Shown one piece after another: positions 1 through 9,078 of a stretch of DNA of 20,562 bases; position 1 is the stretch's first letter; each line of letters opens with the position of its first letter. The stretch is from Chthoniobacteraceae bacterium (GTDB lineage: Bacteria > Verrucomicrobiota > Verrucomicrobiia > Chthoniobacterales > Chthoniobacteraceae). The position numbers and the translations under genes are program-made. The notes under the pieces are model-generated. The model was not told where the DNA came from, searched no databases, and saw only the letters and a program-made list of their open reading frames with translations. Location: positions 1 to 20,562 of the forward strand of contig JBEBGD010000098.1 in assembly GCA_040081625.1 (NCBI GenBank). The letters run 5' to 3'.

Positions 1-831
1 ACGCTCGACCTTCCCGGCTTCCGCAAAAACCTGCGGCGGCTCGCGGAGCACGAGCTCTGCGCGATCGTCGTCGGCGCGGGCACGGGCGAGATCCACTCGC
101 TCTCGACCGACGAACATTCCGCCGTCGTCAAAGCCGCCGTTGCTGAGATCGGCGGGCGGCGACCGGTGCTCGCCGGCGTCGGCTTTTCTCCGCAGACCGC
201 GATCGACATGGCGCGCGCCAGCACCGCGGCGGGCGTCGATGGGATCCTCATCTTCCCGCCCTACTATCCCGGCGACCCGAACGACGAAGGCATGCACGCC
301 TACTACGCGGGAGTCGCCGCGGCGACGAAGCGCGGCGTCATCATCTACTCGCGCGACTACGCGAACTTCTCGCCCGCCGCCGTCGAGCGTCTCGCGAAAA
401 TTCCGAACCTCGTCGCGTTCAAGGACGGCCAGGGCGACCTGCGCCGTTACCAGCAGATCATCGCGCGCGTCGGCGACCGGCTTCACTGGATCGGCGGCGC
501 GGGCGACGACCTCGTGCCCGGCTACTACACGCTCGGCGTGCGCACCTACACGAGCAGCATCGCAAACGTCGCCCCGCGCATGTCGCTCGCGCTGCACGTC
601 GCCGCGGCCAGCGGCGACCGCGCGACGCTCGACCGGCTCATGCGCGAATACGTCATCCCGCTCTACGACTTCCGCGCGCGGCGCAAAGGCTACGAAGTCT
701 CGGTGATGAAGACGCTCATGGACTTGCAGGGCCAGGTCGGTGGCCGCGTCCGCCCGCCGCTCAACGACGTGAAGCCCGACGAAGTTCGCGAACTGCGCGC
801 GCTCCTCGCGAAGTGGAAGAAGTGGCTGTGA
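1..831 (+). CDS. kdgD: 5-dehydro-4-deoxyglucarate dehydratase-like protein (DHDPS/NAL aldolase superfamily), 5'-truncated by the window
   Basis: Frame 1 is open from base 1 (TLDLPGFRKNLRRLAEHELCAIVVGAGTGEIHSL...). It carries the GxGTGE motif, the Schiff-base Lys in PNLVAFKDGQGD and a C-terminal YTSSIAN...RRKGYEVSVMK...VRPPL segment that closely follows the KdgD pattern. Stop TGA at 829-831. Confidence 0.75.
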   Translation, partial: TLDLPGFRKNLRRLAEHELCAIVVGAGTGEIHSLSTDEHSAVVKAAVAEIGGRRPVLAGVGFSPQTAIDMARASTAAGVDGILIFPPYYPGDPNDEGMHAYYAGVAAATKRGVIIYSRDYANFSPAAVERLAKIPNLVAFKDGQGDLRRYQQIIARVGDRLHWIGGAGDDLVPGYYTLGVRTYTSSIANVAPRMSLALHVAAASGDRATLDRLMREYVIPLYDFRARRKGYEVSVMKTLMDLQGQVGGRVRPPLNDVKPDEVRELRALLAKWKKWL

Positions 832-1916
832 GCACGCTCAACTTCGCCATCATCGGCACCGGCGGCATCACGCTGCAGAACCATCTCCCCGGCCTCGCGC
901 TTTGCGGAGACGTGAAAGTAACCGCGCTCTGCGACGCGAATCCCGAGACGCTCGAAACCGCGCGCCAGCAGACCGGCGCGCCGGTTGCCTCGACGAGCTG
1001 GGAAGACATCGTCACTCGCGACGACGTGCATGCGATCATCATCGCCACGCCGAACTTCCTCCACCCCGACATCGCCATCGCTGCGGCGCGCTCGGGCAAG
1101 CACGTGCTCTGCGAAAAGCCGATCGCGCTCAACGCCGCCGACGCCGCGCGGATGGCTGCGGAGGCTGACAAAGCGGGGGTGCGGCACATGACTGCGTTCA
1201 CGTATCGCTTCGTCCCCGCGATGCGTTACCTGCATTACCTCATCGGCCAGGGCGACCTCGGCCAGCCGTATCACTACCGCTCGTGCCGCTTGCAGGATTG
1301 GGGCACGCGCAATCTCGGCTGGCGGCAGCAGAAGCGCCTCGCCGGCACCGGCGAACTCGGCGACATGCTCAGCCATCGCATCGACTTCGCGCATCACCTT
1401 ATCGGCCCGATGAAGCGCATCGTCGCAAACGTCGGCACGCTCACGCCGATCCGCGGCGGCGCGCCGAACGACACCGACGACTGGGTCGCGATTCTCGCGG
1501 AGTTCGTGAACGGCGCGAGCGGCGTGCTCGAAAGCTCAAAGCTCGCCAGCGGCATGAACGAAAGCGCGCGCAGCCCGGATCGCGTCGAGATCAACGGCAG
1601 CGCCGCCAGCTTCAGCTTCACCACCGGCGCGTGGAATGAACTTCAGCACGGCGTCCTCGGTGGTCCCGGTTTCAAGCCGCTACCGATCCCGCGCGAGTTC
1701 TACGTCTGGCCCGGCTCGCCGCGCGATCCCGGCGTCGGCGATCCGCTCATCGCCTTCCGTTACGACCAGGCCATCGAGTTCGTGAACGCGATCCGCGAGC
1801 AGCGCGATTGCAGCGTCACCTTCCGCGACGGCGCGAGCGCACAGGCCGTGATGGACGGCGCCGTGCGCTCGGCGGAGACGAAGGCGTGGGTGGAACTCGA
1901 CGGCGCAGTTGCGTAG
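828..1916 (+). CDS. Gfo/Idh/MocA family NAD(P)-dependent oxidoreductase (cytoplasmic)
   Basis: GTG start overlaps the upstream TGA (GTGA coupling). Rossmann AIIGTGGI, ATPNFLH, HVLCEKP and GELGDMLSHRID motifs. No signal peptide. Confidence 0.9.
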   Translation: MSTLNFAIIGTGGITLQNHLPGLALCGDVKVTALCDANPETLETARQQTGAPVASTSWEDIVTRDDVHAIIIATPNFLHPDIAIAAARSGKHVLCEKPIALNAADAARMAAEADKAGVRHMTAFTYRFVPAMRYLHYLIGQGDLGQPYHYRSCRLQDWGTRNLGWRQQKRLAGTGELGDMLSHRIDFAHHLIGPMKRIVANVGTLTPIRGGAPNDTDDWVAILAEFVNGASGVLESSKLASGMNESARSPDRVEINGSAASFSFTTGAWNELQHGVLGGPGFKPLPIPREFYVWPGSPRDPGVGDPLIAFRYDQAIEFVNAIREQRDCSVTFRDGASAQAVMDGAVRSAETKAWVELDGAVA

Positions 1917-1922
1917 CGGCGC

Positions 1923-3335
1923 CTACTTCGCCTGCCGGAAAGCGAACAGCTTCGTCGCCGTGCGCACGTAGAGCGTGTCCTCCACGATGGCGGGCGTGGC
2001 GGCGACGCTCTCGCCGAAGTCCGCGCGCCAGAGCACCTCGGGCTTCTCACCGGCGGAGACGGTCGCGGCTTTGCCGTCGAGATTTAGCAGGTAGATGCGC
2101 CCATCGGCGGCGACGGGCGACGCGTAGAATGAGCCCGGCAGCCCGAGCCGCTGTCCCTCGTAGCGCGCGGCGCCAGTCGCGGCGTCGAAGCTCGACGCGA
2201 GGCCGCCATCCTTCACCATGAAAAGCGCGCCGCGGTAGAGCAGCGCGCTCGGCACGTAGGGCAGCGACTTCGTCTTCTCCCACGCGACGTGTGTGGTGGT
2301 GATGTCTCCGCTGCCGCCGGGCTTCACGGCCACGAGCCGGTTCTTCCCGCGCTTGAGGTAGCCGATCATGCCGTCCCACTCGTCGCGGCTGATGAATCCG
2401 TCCTTGTTCGTATCGTTGGAGGAAAAGAAATCCTTCATCGGTGTCTTCTCGGACTCGGCCTTGGAAAGCCTTCCGTCCTTGTCCGGGTCGTCTCCGATGA
2501 GCTGATCGAAAGTCGGCATCGGCATATCCTCACCCGCGGGCGACCAGCCGGCGAAATAGAGCATCCCGCCGCTCGCGACGGCCGAGCCGCAATTCACCGC
2601 CGGCAGCTCGCGCACGAGCCAGCGCTCGGCGCCGCTCGTCAGGTCGTAGGCCTTCATCATCAGGCCGCCCGGCGCGACGATCTCCTTCACGCCATCGTGC
2701 TCCCAAATCATCGGCGTCGAGTAGCCGGTCTGCATCGCTGGACGCGCGGTCTTCCACACCTGCTTCCCGGTCGCGGCATCGACGGCGAGGATTGCCGAGT
2801 CGGTCTTCAAATCGCGCACGAGGATCACGAGACCGTCCGCGAGAATTGGCGACGTGCCGGTGCCGAAGTCGTTGTTCGTCTCCGCCATCGGCATCGCATG
2901 ACGCCACAGTTCCTTTCCCGCGAAGTCGTAAGCGATCAGCCCGCACGAGCCGAAATACGATACGACGCGCTCACCATCGGTCGTCGGGGTCGAGGCCGCC
3001 GGGCTGCCGTGCTTCGTCAGGAATGCCTCGATCTTCTCCGCCCCCGCATCGCGCCGCCACAGCTCCTTGCCGTTCGCGCGATCGAGACAGAGCGTCCACA
3101 GCTTCCCGTCGTCGTAAGCGGTGAGAAAAATCCGCCCGCCCCACACGCACGGCGACGACGGACCGGAAGGCGTGGCGACCTGCCAGAGCACATTCTTGCC
3201 GGGGCCGAACTCCACTGGCGGCTTCTCCGCATCTGCGACGCCCGAGCCCGCGGGTCCGCGGAAGCGCGGCCATGTGGGCGTGGCCGCGTGGAGCGGGAGT
3301 GAGACGAGTAGCGAAAGAGCGAGCAGCATTTTCAT
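1923..3335 (-). CDS. Secreted PQQ-like/BamB-type beta-propeller protein with an inserted EF-hand pair
   Basis: Signal peptide MKMLLALSLLVSLPLHAA, WPRFRGP start, repeated SP...DxxxGKELW blades, and two DxDxDG/DxNxDG...E loops (DPDKDGRLSKAE, DTNKDGFISRDE). Confidence 0.85.
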   Translation of the reverse strand: MKMLLALSLLVSLPLHAATPTWPRFRGPAGSGVADAEKPPVEFGPGKNVLWQVATPSGPSSPCVWGGRIFLTAYDDGKLWTLCLDRANGKELWRRDAGAEKIEAFLTKHGSPAASTPTTDGERVVSYFGSCGLIAYDFAGKELWRHAMPMAETNNDFGTGTSPILADGLVILVRDLKTDSAILAVDAATGKQVWKTARPAMQTGYSTPMIWEHDGVKEIVAPGGLMMKAYDLTSGAERWLVRELPAVNCGSAVASGGMLYFAGWSPAGEDMPMPTFDQLIGDDPDKDGRLSKAESEKTPMKDFFSSNDTNKDGFISRDEWDGMIGYLKRGKNRLVAVKPGGSGDITTTHVAWEKTKSLPYVPSALLYRGALFMVKDGGLASSFDAATGAARYEGQRLGLPGSFYASPVAADGRIYLLNLDGKAATVSAGEKPEVLWRADFGESVAATPAIVEDTLYVRTATKLFAFRQAK

Positions 3336-3462
3336 CGGCGCGGGTCTTAGCGTTTGTTCGGGACGACGGCGAGTAATCCTTGGACTGAAACATTCCGCCG
3401 TGGATCATCCGCGCCGACTTGGAATCCCGAGATCACGAAACCTTGAAACGCATTTTCACACC

Positions 3463-4167
3463 ATGAACGCAGTCATCACCGGAGCAGGAAGCGGAGTCGG
3501 CCAGGCCACCGCGCTCGCGCTCGCCGAACTCGGCTGGAGCGTCGCCATCATCGGCCGCCGCAAGGCGACGCTCGACGAAACTCTCAAGCGCGCCGGCGAT
3601 CTCGCGTATCGGCTCACGCCCTTCGAGTGCGACATCGGCGACGCGGACGCCGTCGCGGCGATGGGTAAGGCCGTGCTCGAGAAACTCGGCGCCGTCGATG
3701 TGCTCGTGAACGCCGCCGGCACGAACGCCCCGCGGCGCAGCCTCGAAGTGCTCTCGCTCGCGGACTACCGCATGATGATCGATACGAACCTCAACGGCGC
3801 CTACTATTGCGTGCAGGCCTTCCTCCCGCAGATGCGCGAACGCGGCGCGGGCACGATCGTGAACATCATCTCCGACGCCGCGAAGCAGGCCAGCCCGAAG
3901 GCCGGCCCGGCCTACTCGATGTCAAAAGCCGGCATGGTCGGGCTCACGCAGGCGATCAACGCCGAGGAGCGCGACCGCGGCATCCGCGCGTGCGCGATCC
4001 TACCCGGCGACATCGACACGCCACTTCTCGACAAGCGCCCCGCGCCGCCGCCGCCGGAAGCGCGCGCGAAGATGATGAAGGCAGAGGACATCGCCGCGTG
4101 CGCGATTTTTTGCGTGCAACTCCCGCCGCGCGTCGTCGTCGAGGAGTTGCTCGTGCGTCCGCGCTGA
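3463..4167 (+). CDS. Short-chain dehydrogenase/reductase (classical SDR)
   Basis: MNAVITGAGSGVG (TGxxxGxG), VNAAG and catalytic YSMSK (YxxxK). Start placed at ATG 3463 rather than 3121, which would overlap the divergent gene. Confidence 0.92.
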   Translation: MNAVITGAGSGVGQATALALAELGWSVAIIGRRKATLDETLKRAGDLAYRLTPFECDIGDADAVAAMGKAVLEKLGAVDVLVNAAGTNAPRRSLEVLSLADYRMMIDTNLNGAYYCVQAFLPQMRERGAGTIVNIISDAAKQASPKAGPAYSMSKAGMVGLTQAINAEERDRGIRACAILPGDIDTPLLDKRPAPPPPEARAKMMKAEDIAACAIFCVQLPPRVVVEELLVRPR

Positions 4168-4173
4168 GCCGCG

Positions 4174-5586
4174 TCACGTCTTGAGCGCGCGACCGGTCGA
4201 GTGTTGGAAGATCGCGTCGTAGGCCGCGTGTTTGTAGAGGTCGCCGAGCGTCGGGTAGTTGAAGCACGCGCGGTTGAAGAGGTCCGCGTCGCCGCCGCAA
4301 AGCATCGCGATGAGTCCGATGTGGATGAGTTCCGTCGCCTGCTCGCCGACCACGTGCACGCCGAGCAGCCGCAGGTCGTCGGCGCGAAAGAGCAGCTTCA
4401 AGAAGCCCGCATTGTCGCCGATCAGCCGCCCGCGCGGATTCAGGTCGTAAGCCGCGCGACCCACGATGAACGCGACGCCAGCCTCCTTCAATTCGGCCTC
4501 GGTCTTCCCGACCATGCTCGCCTCGGGAATCGTGTAGATGCCCGTCGGCAGCAGCGTGGAGGCTTCCTTCTTCAAGATGCCGAACGCGTGCGAGACCGCG
4601 ACGCGCGCCTGCTCGATGCCCGTCGCCGCGAGCGCGGGCGGGCCGACCACGTCGCCCGCGGCGTAGATGTGCGGAGCGGTGGTTTGGTAGAATTCGTTCA
4701 CCACGATGAGTCCGCGCTTGCCCGCCACGAGGCCGGCGGCGTCGAGTGCGAGGTCGTCGGTGTTGCGGTTGCGGCCGGCGGCGACGAGCACATCGCTCGC
4801 GGCGAGCGTCGCACCGCTTGCGAACGTGAGCACCACGTCGCCGCACTCCGGCGCAGCGCATTCCGTCACGCGCTCGCCCCAGTGGAATTGCACGCCCGCG
4901 CGTTTCATCGTCGCGGCGATTGTCGCGGAGACTTCGTGATCGAGGAACGGCAGGAGCACGTCGCGGCCATCGACGAGGTGAACTTCGACGCCGAGCGCGG
5001 CGAACGTGCAGGCGTATTCGGCGCCGATCACGCCCGCGCCGATGACCACCAGCTTTCTCGGCAGCTCGGTGATCTCGAGGATTTCGTTCGAGTCGTGAAC
5101 GTGCGGATGCTCGAAGGGAAACTCCGGCGGATGCGCTGGCGAAGATCCCGTCGCGATAAGGATGACATCGCCGCTCAGCACCTGCTGTCCGCCGTCGGGC
5201 GTGGTCACGCGCACCGTGTGCGGATCGACGAAGGCGCCGCGCCCGTGCATGCGCTCGATGCCGTGCCAGCTCATCCGGTGCTCGAACTGTCGCTGAATCG
5301 TGTCGCGCACCTCGATCTCGTGACGCATGAAGTCGCCGACGGTCGCCGACTTGCTGAGCGAAAGATCGATGCCGAGGAGTTTGCGCGCGCGCCAGCCGGA
5401 GATGACGAGCGCGCTTTCGCGCAGCGCTTTGCTCGGGATGGTGCCGGTATTCAGCCCCGCGCCGCCGATGTGCGTCTCCGTCTCGACGAGCGCGACGCGT
5501 TTTCCAAATGCCGCCGCCGCCAGCCCGCCACTGCAGCCCGCCGGCCCGCCTCCAAGGACGATGAGATCGAAGTGCGAGTCGGACAT
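4174..5586 (-). CDS. sthA: Soluble (Si-specific) NAD(P)+ transhydrogenase-like flavoprotein
   Basis: MSDSHFDLIVLGGGPAG FAD fold, GTIPSKALRE, second Rossmann VIGAGVIGAEYA, IYAAGDV, TGIYTIPE and C-terminal FNYPTL (the SthA-type Tyr where lipoamide dehydrogenase has HPT). 470 aa. Confidence 0.82.
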   Translation of the reverse strand: MSDSHFDLIVLGGGPAGCSGGLAAAAFGKRVALVETETHIGGAGLNTGTIPSKALRESALVISGWRARKLLGIDLSLSKSATVGDFMRHEIEVRDTIQRQFEHRMSWHGIERMHGRGAFVDPHTVRVTTPDGGQQVLSGDVILIATGSSPAHPPEFPFEHPHVHDSNEILEITELPRKLVVIGAGVIGAEYACTFAALGVEVHLVDGRDVLLPFLDHEVSATIAATMKRAGVQFHWGERVTECAAPECGDVVLTFASGATLAASDVLVAAGRNRNTDDLALDAAGLVAGKRGLIVVNEFYQTTAPHIYAAGDVVGPPALAATGIEQARVAVSHAFGILKKEASTLLPTGIYTIPEASMVGKTEAELKEAGVAFIVGRAAYDLNPRGRLIGDNAGFLKLLFRADDLRLLGVHVVGEQATELIHIGLIAMLCGGDADLFNRACFNYPTLGDLYKHAAYDAIFQHSTGRALKT

Positions 5587-5592
5587 GGCGAC

Positions 5593-5621
5593 GAGGTAGA
5601 GACGTTTCTCCGTCGCGGCAA
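5593..5621 (-). promoter_or_regulatory. Putative sigma70-type promoter for sthA (TTGCCG-N17-TACCTC), probably leaderless
   Basis: On the minus strand, TTGCCG (5621-5616), an exact 17-nt spacer and TACCTC (5598-5593) are followed by 6 nt and the ATG. No Shine-Dalgarno site. Confidence 0.4.
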
Positions 5622-5646
5622 GCGGCGCGCTGTGCATTCTCGGCGG

Positions 5647-7764
5647 ATGCGAATTTGTCTCTTCCTCGCGTTTGCCTCGATGACCGGCTTTTGTGCCGAC
5701 ATGCTGCTTCCTTATCCCGCCACGCGACAAGCCGAGGTCATCGACGACTACCACGGCACGAAAGTCGCCGACGCGTATCGCTGGCTCGAGGACGACAACT
5801 CGCCGGAGACCGCCGCGTGGGTCGAGGCGCAGAACAAGGTGACGTTTGGTTTCCTCGAATCGATCCCGCAGCGCGACGCGATCCGCGCGCGGCTCAAGAC
5901 GCTGTGGAATTACGAGCGCTTCGGCATCCCGCACGCGGAAGGCGGGCGCTACTTTTTCTCGCACAATTCCGGGCTGCAAAACCAGGCTGTGCTGCTCGTC
6001 GCCGATGCGATCGACGCGGAGCCGCGGGTGCTGCTCGACCCGAACACGCTCTCGACCGACGGCACGGTCTCGCTCACCGGATGGCAGCCGAGTGACGATG
6101 GGAATCTGCTCGCCTACTCGCTCTCGCGCTCGGGCGCGGACTGGCAGGAGTGGCACGTGCGCGATGTGCGCAGCGGGCGCGATCTCGACGACGTGCTCAA
6201 GTGGTCGAAGTTCAGCGGCGCATCGTGGGCGAAGGACGGCGGCGGCTTCTACTACTCGCGCTACGATGAGCCGAAGCCGGGCGAGGAACGCAAGGGCGTC
6301 GTCGAGTTTCAGAAGCTCTACTTTCACAAGCTCGGCACGCCGCAGTCCGACGACCGGCTCATCTACAAGCGCGACGACCAGAAGCAGTGGGGCTTCGGCG
6401 GGCAGGTCACCGACGATGGGCGCTGGCTCGTGATCCCGGTGTGGCACGGGACGGATCCGAGGAACGCGATCTTTTACCGCGACCTCGCGAAACCCGATGC
6501 GCCGGTGGTCGAACTGCTGCGCGAGTTCGACGCGGACTATTCATTCATCGACAACGACGGGCCGGTCTTCTTTTTCCAGACCGACCTCGATGCGCCGATG
6601 CGCCGCGTGATCGCGATCGACGTGACGAAGCCGGAGCGCGCGAACTGGCGCGAGGTGATCGCCGAGGCGCCCGACACGATCGAGGGCACGAGCCTCGTCG
6701 GCGGACGGCTCATCTGCACCTACCTGCACAATGCGCGCAGCGCGGTGCGCGTCTTCGGGCTGGATGGGAAGCCGCAGCGTGAGATCGCGCTGCCGGGCAT
6801 CGGCTCGGCGAATGGCTTCGGCGGAAAGCGGAGCGATGCCGCGACGTTCTACGCGTTCACGAGTTTCACGACGCCGGCGACGATCTACCGGCTCGATCCG
6901 GCCAGCGGCGAGAGCACCGTCTTCAAGGCGCCGAAGGCCGACTTCGACGCATCGGAGTTCGAGACGAAGCAGGTCTTCGCCACGAGCGCGGACGGGACGC
7001 GCGTGCCGATGTTCATCACGCTGCGGCGCGGGCTGAAGCTGGATCGAAAACAGCCTGTGCTGCTCTACGGCTACGGCGGATTCAATATCAGCCTCACGCC
7101 GGGCTTCGGCGTCATGCGCGCGGTGTGGCTCGAGCAGGGCGGCATCTACGTGCAGGCGAACCTGCGCGGGGGCGGTGAGTTTGGCCGCGAATGGAATCTA
7201 GCCGGCACGAAGGAGAGAAAGCAGAACGTCTTCGACGACTTCATCGCGTGCGCCGAGTGGCTCATCAAGAATGGCTACACGTCGCCGGAGAAGCTGGCGA
7301 TCAGCGGCGGCAGCAATGGCGGGCTGCTCGTGGGCGCGGCGATGACGCAGCGGCCCGATCTTTTCGCCGCGGCACTGCCCGCGGTCGGCGTGCTCGACAT
7401 GCTGCGCTTTCACAAGTTCACGATCGGCTGGGCGTGGACGAGCGACTACGGCAGCGCGGATGACGCGGAGCAGTTCAAGTCGCTCTACGCCTACTCGCCG
7501 TATCACCACCTGCGCGCCGGCGCGCGTTATCCGGCGACGCTGATCACGACGGGCGACCACGACGATCGCGTGGTGCCCGCGCACAGCTTCAAGTTCGCCG
7601 CGCGGCTGCAGGAGTGCCAGGCGAAGGACGGCCCGCCCGTGCTCATCCGCATCGAGACCAAGGCCGGCCACGGCGCGGGCACCGCGCTGAGCAAGACGAT
7701 CGAGGAGAGCGCCGACGCGCTCGCCTTTCTCGTGAAAGTGCTCGGCGTCTGCGACGATCGCTAA
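5647..7764 (+). CDS. Prolyl oligopeptidase (peptidase family S9A), probably exported
   Basis: YHGTKVADAYRWLED N-terminus, LLYGYGGFN, NLRGGGEFG, catalytic GGSNGG (Ser), DHDDRV (Asp) and KAGHG (His). Hydrophobic N-terminus MRICLFLAFAS. 705 aa. Confidence 0.95.
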   Translation: MRICLFLAFASMTGFCADMLLPYPATRQAEVIDDYHGTKVADAYRWLEDDNSPETAAWVEAQNKVTFGFLESIPQRDAIRARLKTLWNYERFGIPHAEGGRYFFSHNSGLQNQAVLLVADAIDAEPRVLLDPNTLSTDGTVSLTGWQPSDDGNLLAYSLSRSGADWQEWHVRDVRSGRDLDDVLKWSKFSGASWAKDGGGFYYSRYDEPKPGEERKGVVEFQKLYFHKLGTPQSDDRLIYKRDDQKQWGFGGQVTDDGRWLVIPVWHGTDPRNAIFYRDLAKPDAPVVELLREFDADYSFIDNDGPVFFFQTDLDAPMRRVIAIDVTKPERANWREVIAEAPDTIEGTSLVGGRLICTYLHNARSAVRVFGLDGKPQREIALPGIGSANGFGGKRSDAATFYAFTSFTTPATIYRLDPASGESTVFKAPKADFDASEFETKQVFATSADGTRVPMFITLRRGLKLDRKQPVLLYGYGGFNISLTPGFGVMRAVWLEQGGIYVQANLRGGGEFGREWNLAGTKERKQNVFDDFIACAEWLIKNGYTSPEKLAISGGSNGGLLVGAAMTQRPDLFAAALPAVGVLDMLRFHKFTIGWAWTSDYGSADDAEQFKSLYAYSPYHHLRAGARYPATLITTGDHDDRVVPAHSFKFAARLQECQAKDGPPVLIRIETKAGHGAGTALSKTIEESADALAFLVKVLGVCDDR

Positions 7765-7776
7765 GCAAGCCCGCGC

Positions 7777-9078
7777 CTACTTGCGCAGGAAGACGAACGC
7801 GCCGGCTTTGTTGCCGACGACCACGTCAGGCTTGCCGTCTCCGTTGATGTCGCCGGCCATGACCTGGGTGCCGACGCCGCTGTTGTCGTCGATGAGGTGC
7901 GGCGCCCACTTCGCCTTTCCGCTGTCGCGCTTGAGCTCGAACCACCAGAGCACTTTCGGCGCATTCGGCTCCGGGTCGCCCTTCGGTCCGTGTGCCCAGT
8001 AGCGTTTGCCGGTCACGAGGTCCTTCAGCCCGTCGCCGTTCATGTCCACGAGATCCATCGCGTGGGGCTGGGAGAAGATGATGCCGGAGCTGCCGGCGAC
8101 GGGTGGCTTGCCCTCGGTCCCGGGCGTGCCGGTGATGAGATGCCGGCGCCAGCCGATCACGCCGCCGTCGTCGAACTGCTCGAACCACGCGATGCCGTAG
8201 CCGTGCCCGGCGAGCGAGGTGATGATGTCGTTCTTTCCGTCGCCATTCACGTCGTAGGCAAACATCTGCGCGCCTCCTCCTCCGAACTCCGCGTCGTGCT
8301 TTTTCCACAGCGAACCGTCGAGCTTCGCGGGCTGCTGCCACCAGCCGCTTGATTCGAGGATGTCGAGTTTGCCGTCGCCGTTCACATCGCCGACGCCGAT
8401 GCCGTGCGTGAAGCGGAAGTAGCGCGGCTTCTCCTTGCCGTCGGGCCCTTTGATCATGGGCTTCGGCGAGATGTCGCGCCACGCCCAGCGAGCCGTGGGA
8501 TTCTTCGGGTCGTATTCCGCGTAGCCGACCGCGCCATTGCTCATCGCCACGATCTCGGGACGGCCATCGCCGGTGAGGTCGAGCAAGGTCGGCGACTCGT
8601 TGTCGGTCACGTCGAGCGCGACGTGCTGCTTCCATTTCCCGTCGCCGCCTTTCGGATTCTCAAACCACCACGACTCCTTGCCGGGGAAGCCGAGGACGAT
8701 GATGTCGGTCCAGCCGTCGGCATTGATGTCGGCGCTGTAGGCGAGGAAGTTTTGCGAGTATTCGTTCTCGTTCGAGAGCGCGCCTTTGAAGCCGGGGATC
8801 GTCTCGGTGGTGCCGTCCTCTTTTTTGATCTGCGAAGTTTTCGAGTCGTCCCAGAACGTGTGCCGCTTGGTGAAGGCGGGCGCTTCAAACCAATACGGGC
8901 CGTAGGCCACGTCGATCTTTCCGTCCTTGTTGAAGTCGCCGGAGCACGCGCCCTCGGCCCAGAAGTGCGGGGTGAGTTGCTTGCGCTCCCACTCGCCGCT
9001 CAGCGGTGGCGGCGGCGTGGATTGCGCGAATGCGGCGAGCGGAAGTGCGAGGGCGAACAGTCTGAGGGCGGTGTGCAT
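7777..9078 (-). CDS. Secreted FG-GAP/VCBS repeat beta-propeller protein
   Basis: Signal peptide MHTALRLFALALPLAAFA. Seven D-x-[N/T]-x-D-G-x-x-[D/E] loops: DFNKDGKID, DINADGWTD, DLTGDGRPE, DVNGDGKLD, DVNGDGKND, DMNGDGLKD, DINGDGKPD. Confidence 0.88.
   Translation of the reverse strand: MHTALRLFALALPLAAFAQSTPPPPLSGEWERKQLTPHFWAEGACSGDFNKDGKIDVAYGPYWFEAPAFTKRHTFWDDSKTSQIKKEDGTTETIPGFKGALSNENEYSQNFLAYSADINADGWTDIIVLGFPGKESWWFENPKGGDGKWKQHVALDVTDNESPTLLDLTGDGRPEIVAMSNGAVGYAEYDPKNPTARWAWRDISPKPMIKGPDGKEKPRYFRFTHGIGVGDVNGDGKLDILESSGWWQQPAKLDGSLWKKHDAEFGGGGAQMFAYDVNGDGKNDIITSLAGHGYGIAWFEQFDDGGVIGWRRHLITGTPGTEGKPPVAGSSGIIFSQPHAMDLVDMNGDGLKDLVTGKRYWAHGPKGDPEPNAPKVLWWFELKRDSGKAKWAPHLIDDNSGVGTQVMAGDINGDGKPDVVVGNKAGAFVFLRK

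Noticed and set aside
1913..1926. GTAG-cggcgc-CTAC mini-palindrome resembling a REP end
   Set aside because: It is produced by two head-on TAG stop codons and has no internal REP palindrome.
3336..3462. 127-nt divergent intergenic region as a possible sRNA or riboswitch
   Set aside because: No convincing stem-loop, terminator or recognisable riboswitch motif. It is adequately explained by two promoters.
4174..7764. Giant overlapping ORFs 4201-7764 (+, 1187 aa) and 4174-6447 (-, 757 aa), suggesting fusions or bidirectional coding
   Set aside because: The extensions are antisense shadows of the neighbouring gene. The 60-nt gap keeps them in phase, high-GC codon usage removes antisense stops, and the extensions contain no motifs. 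Real starts are 5586 (-) and 5647 (+).
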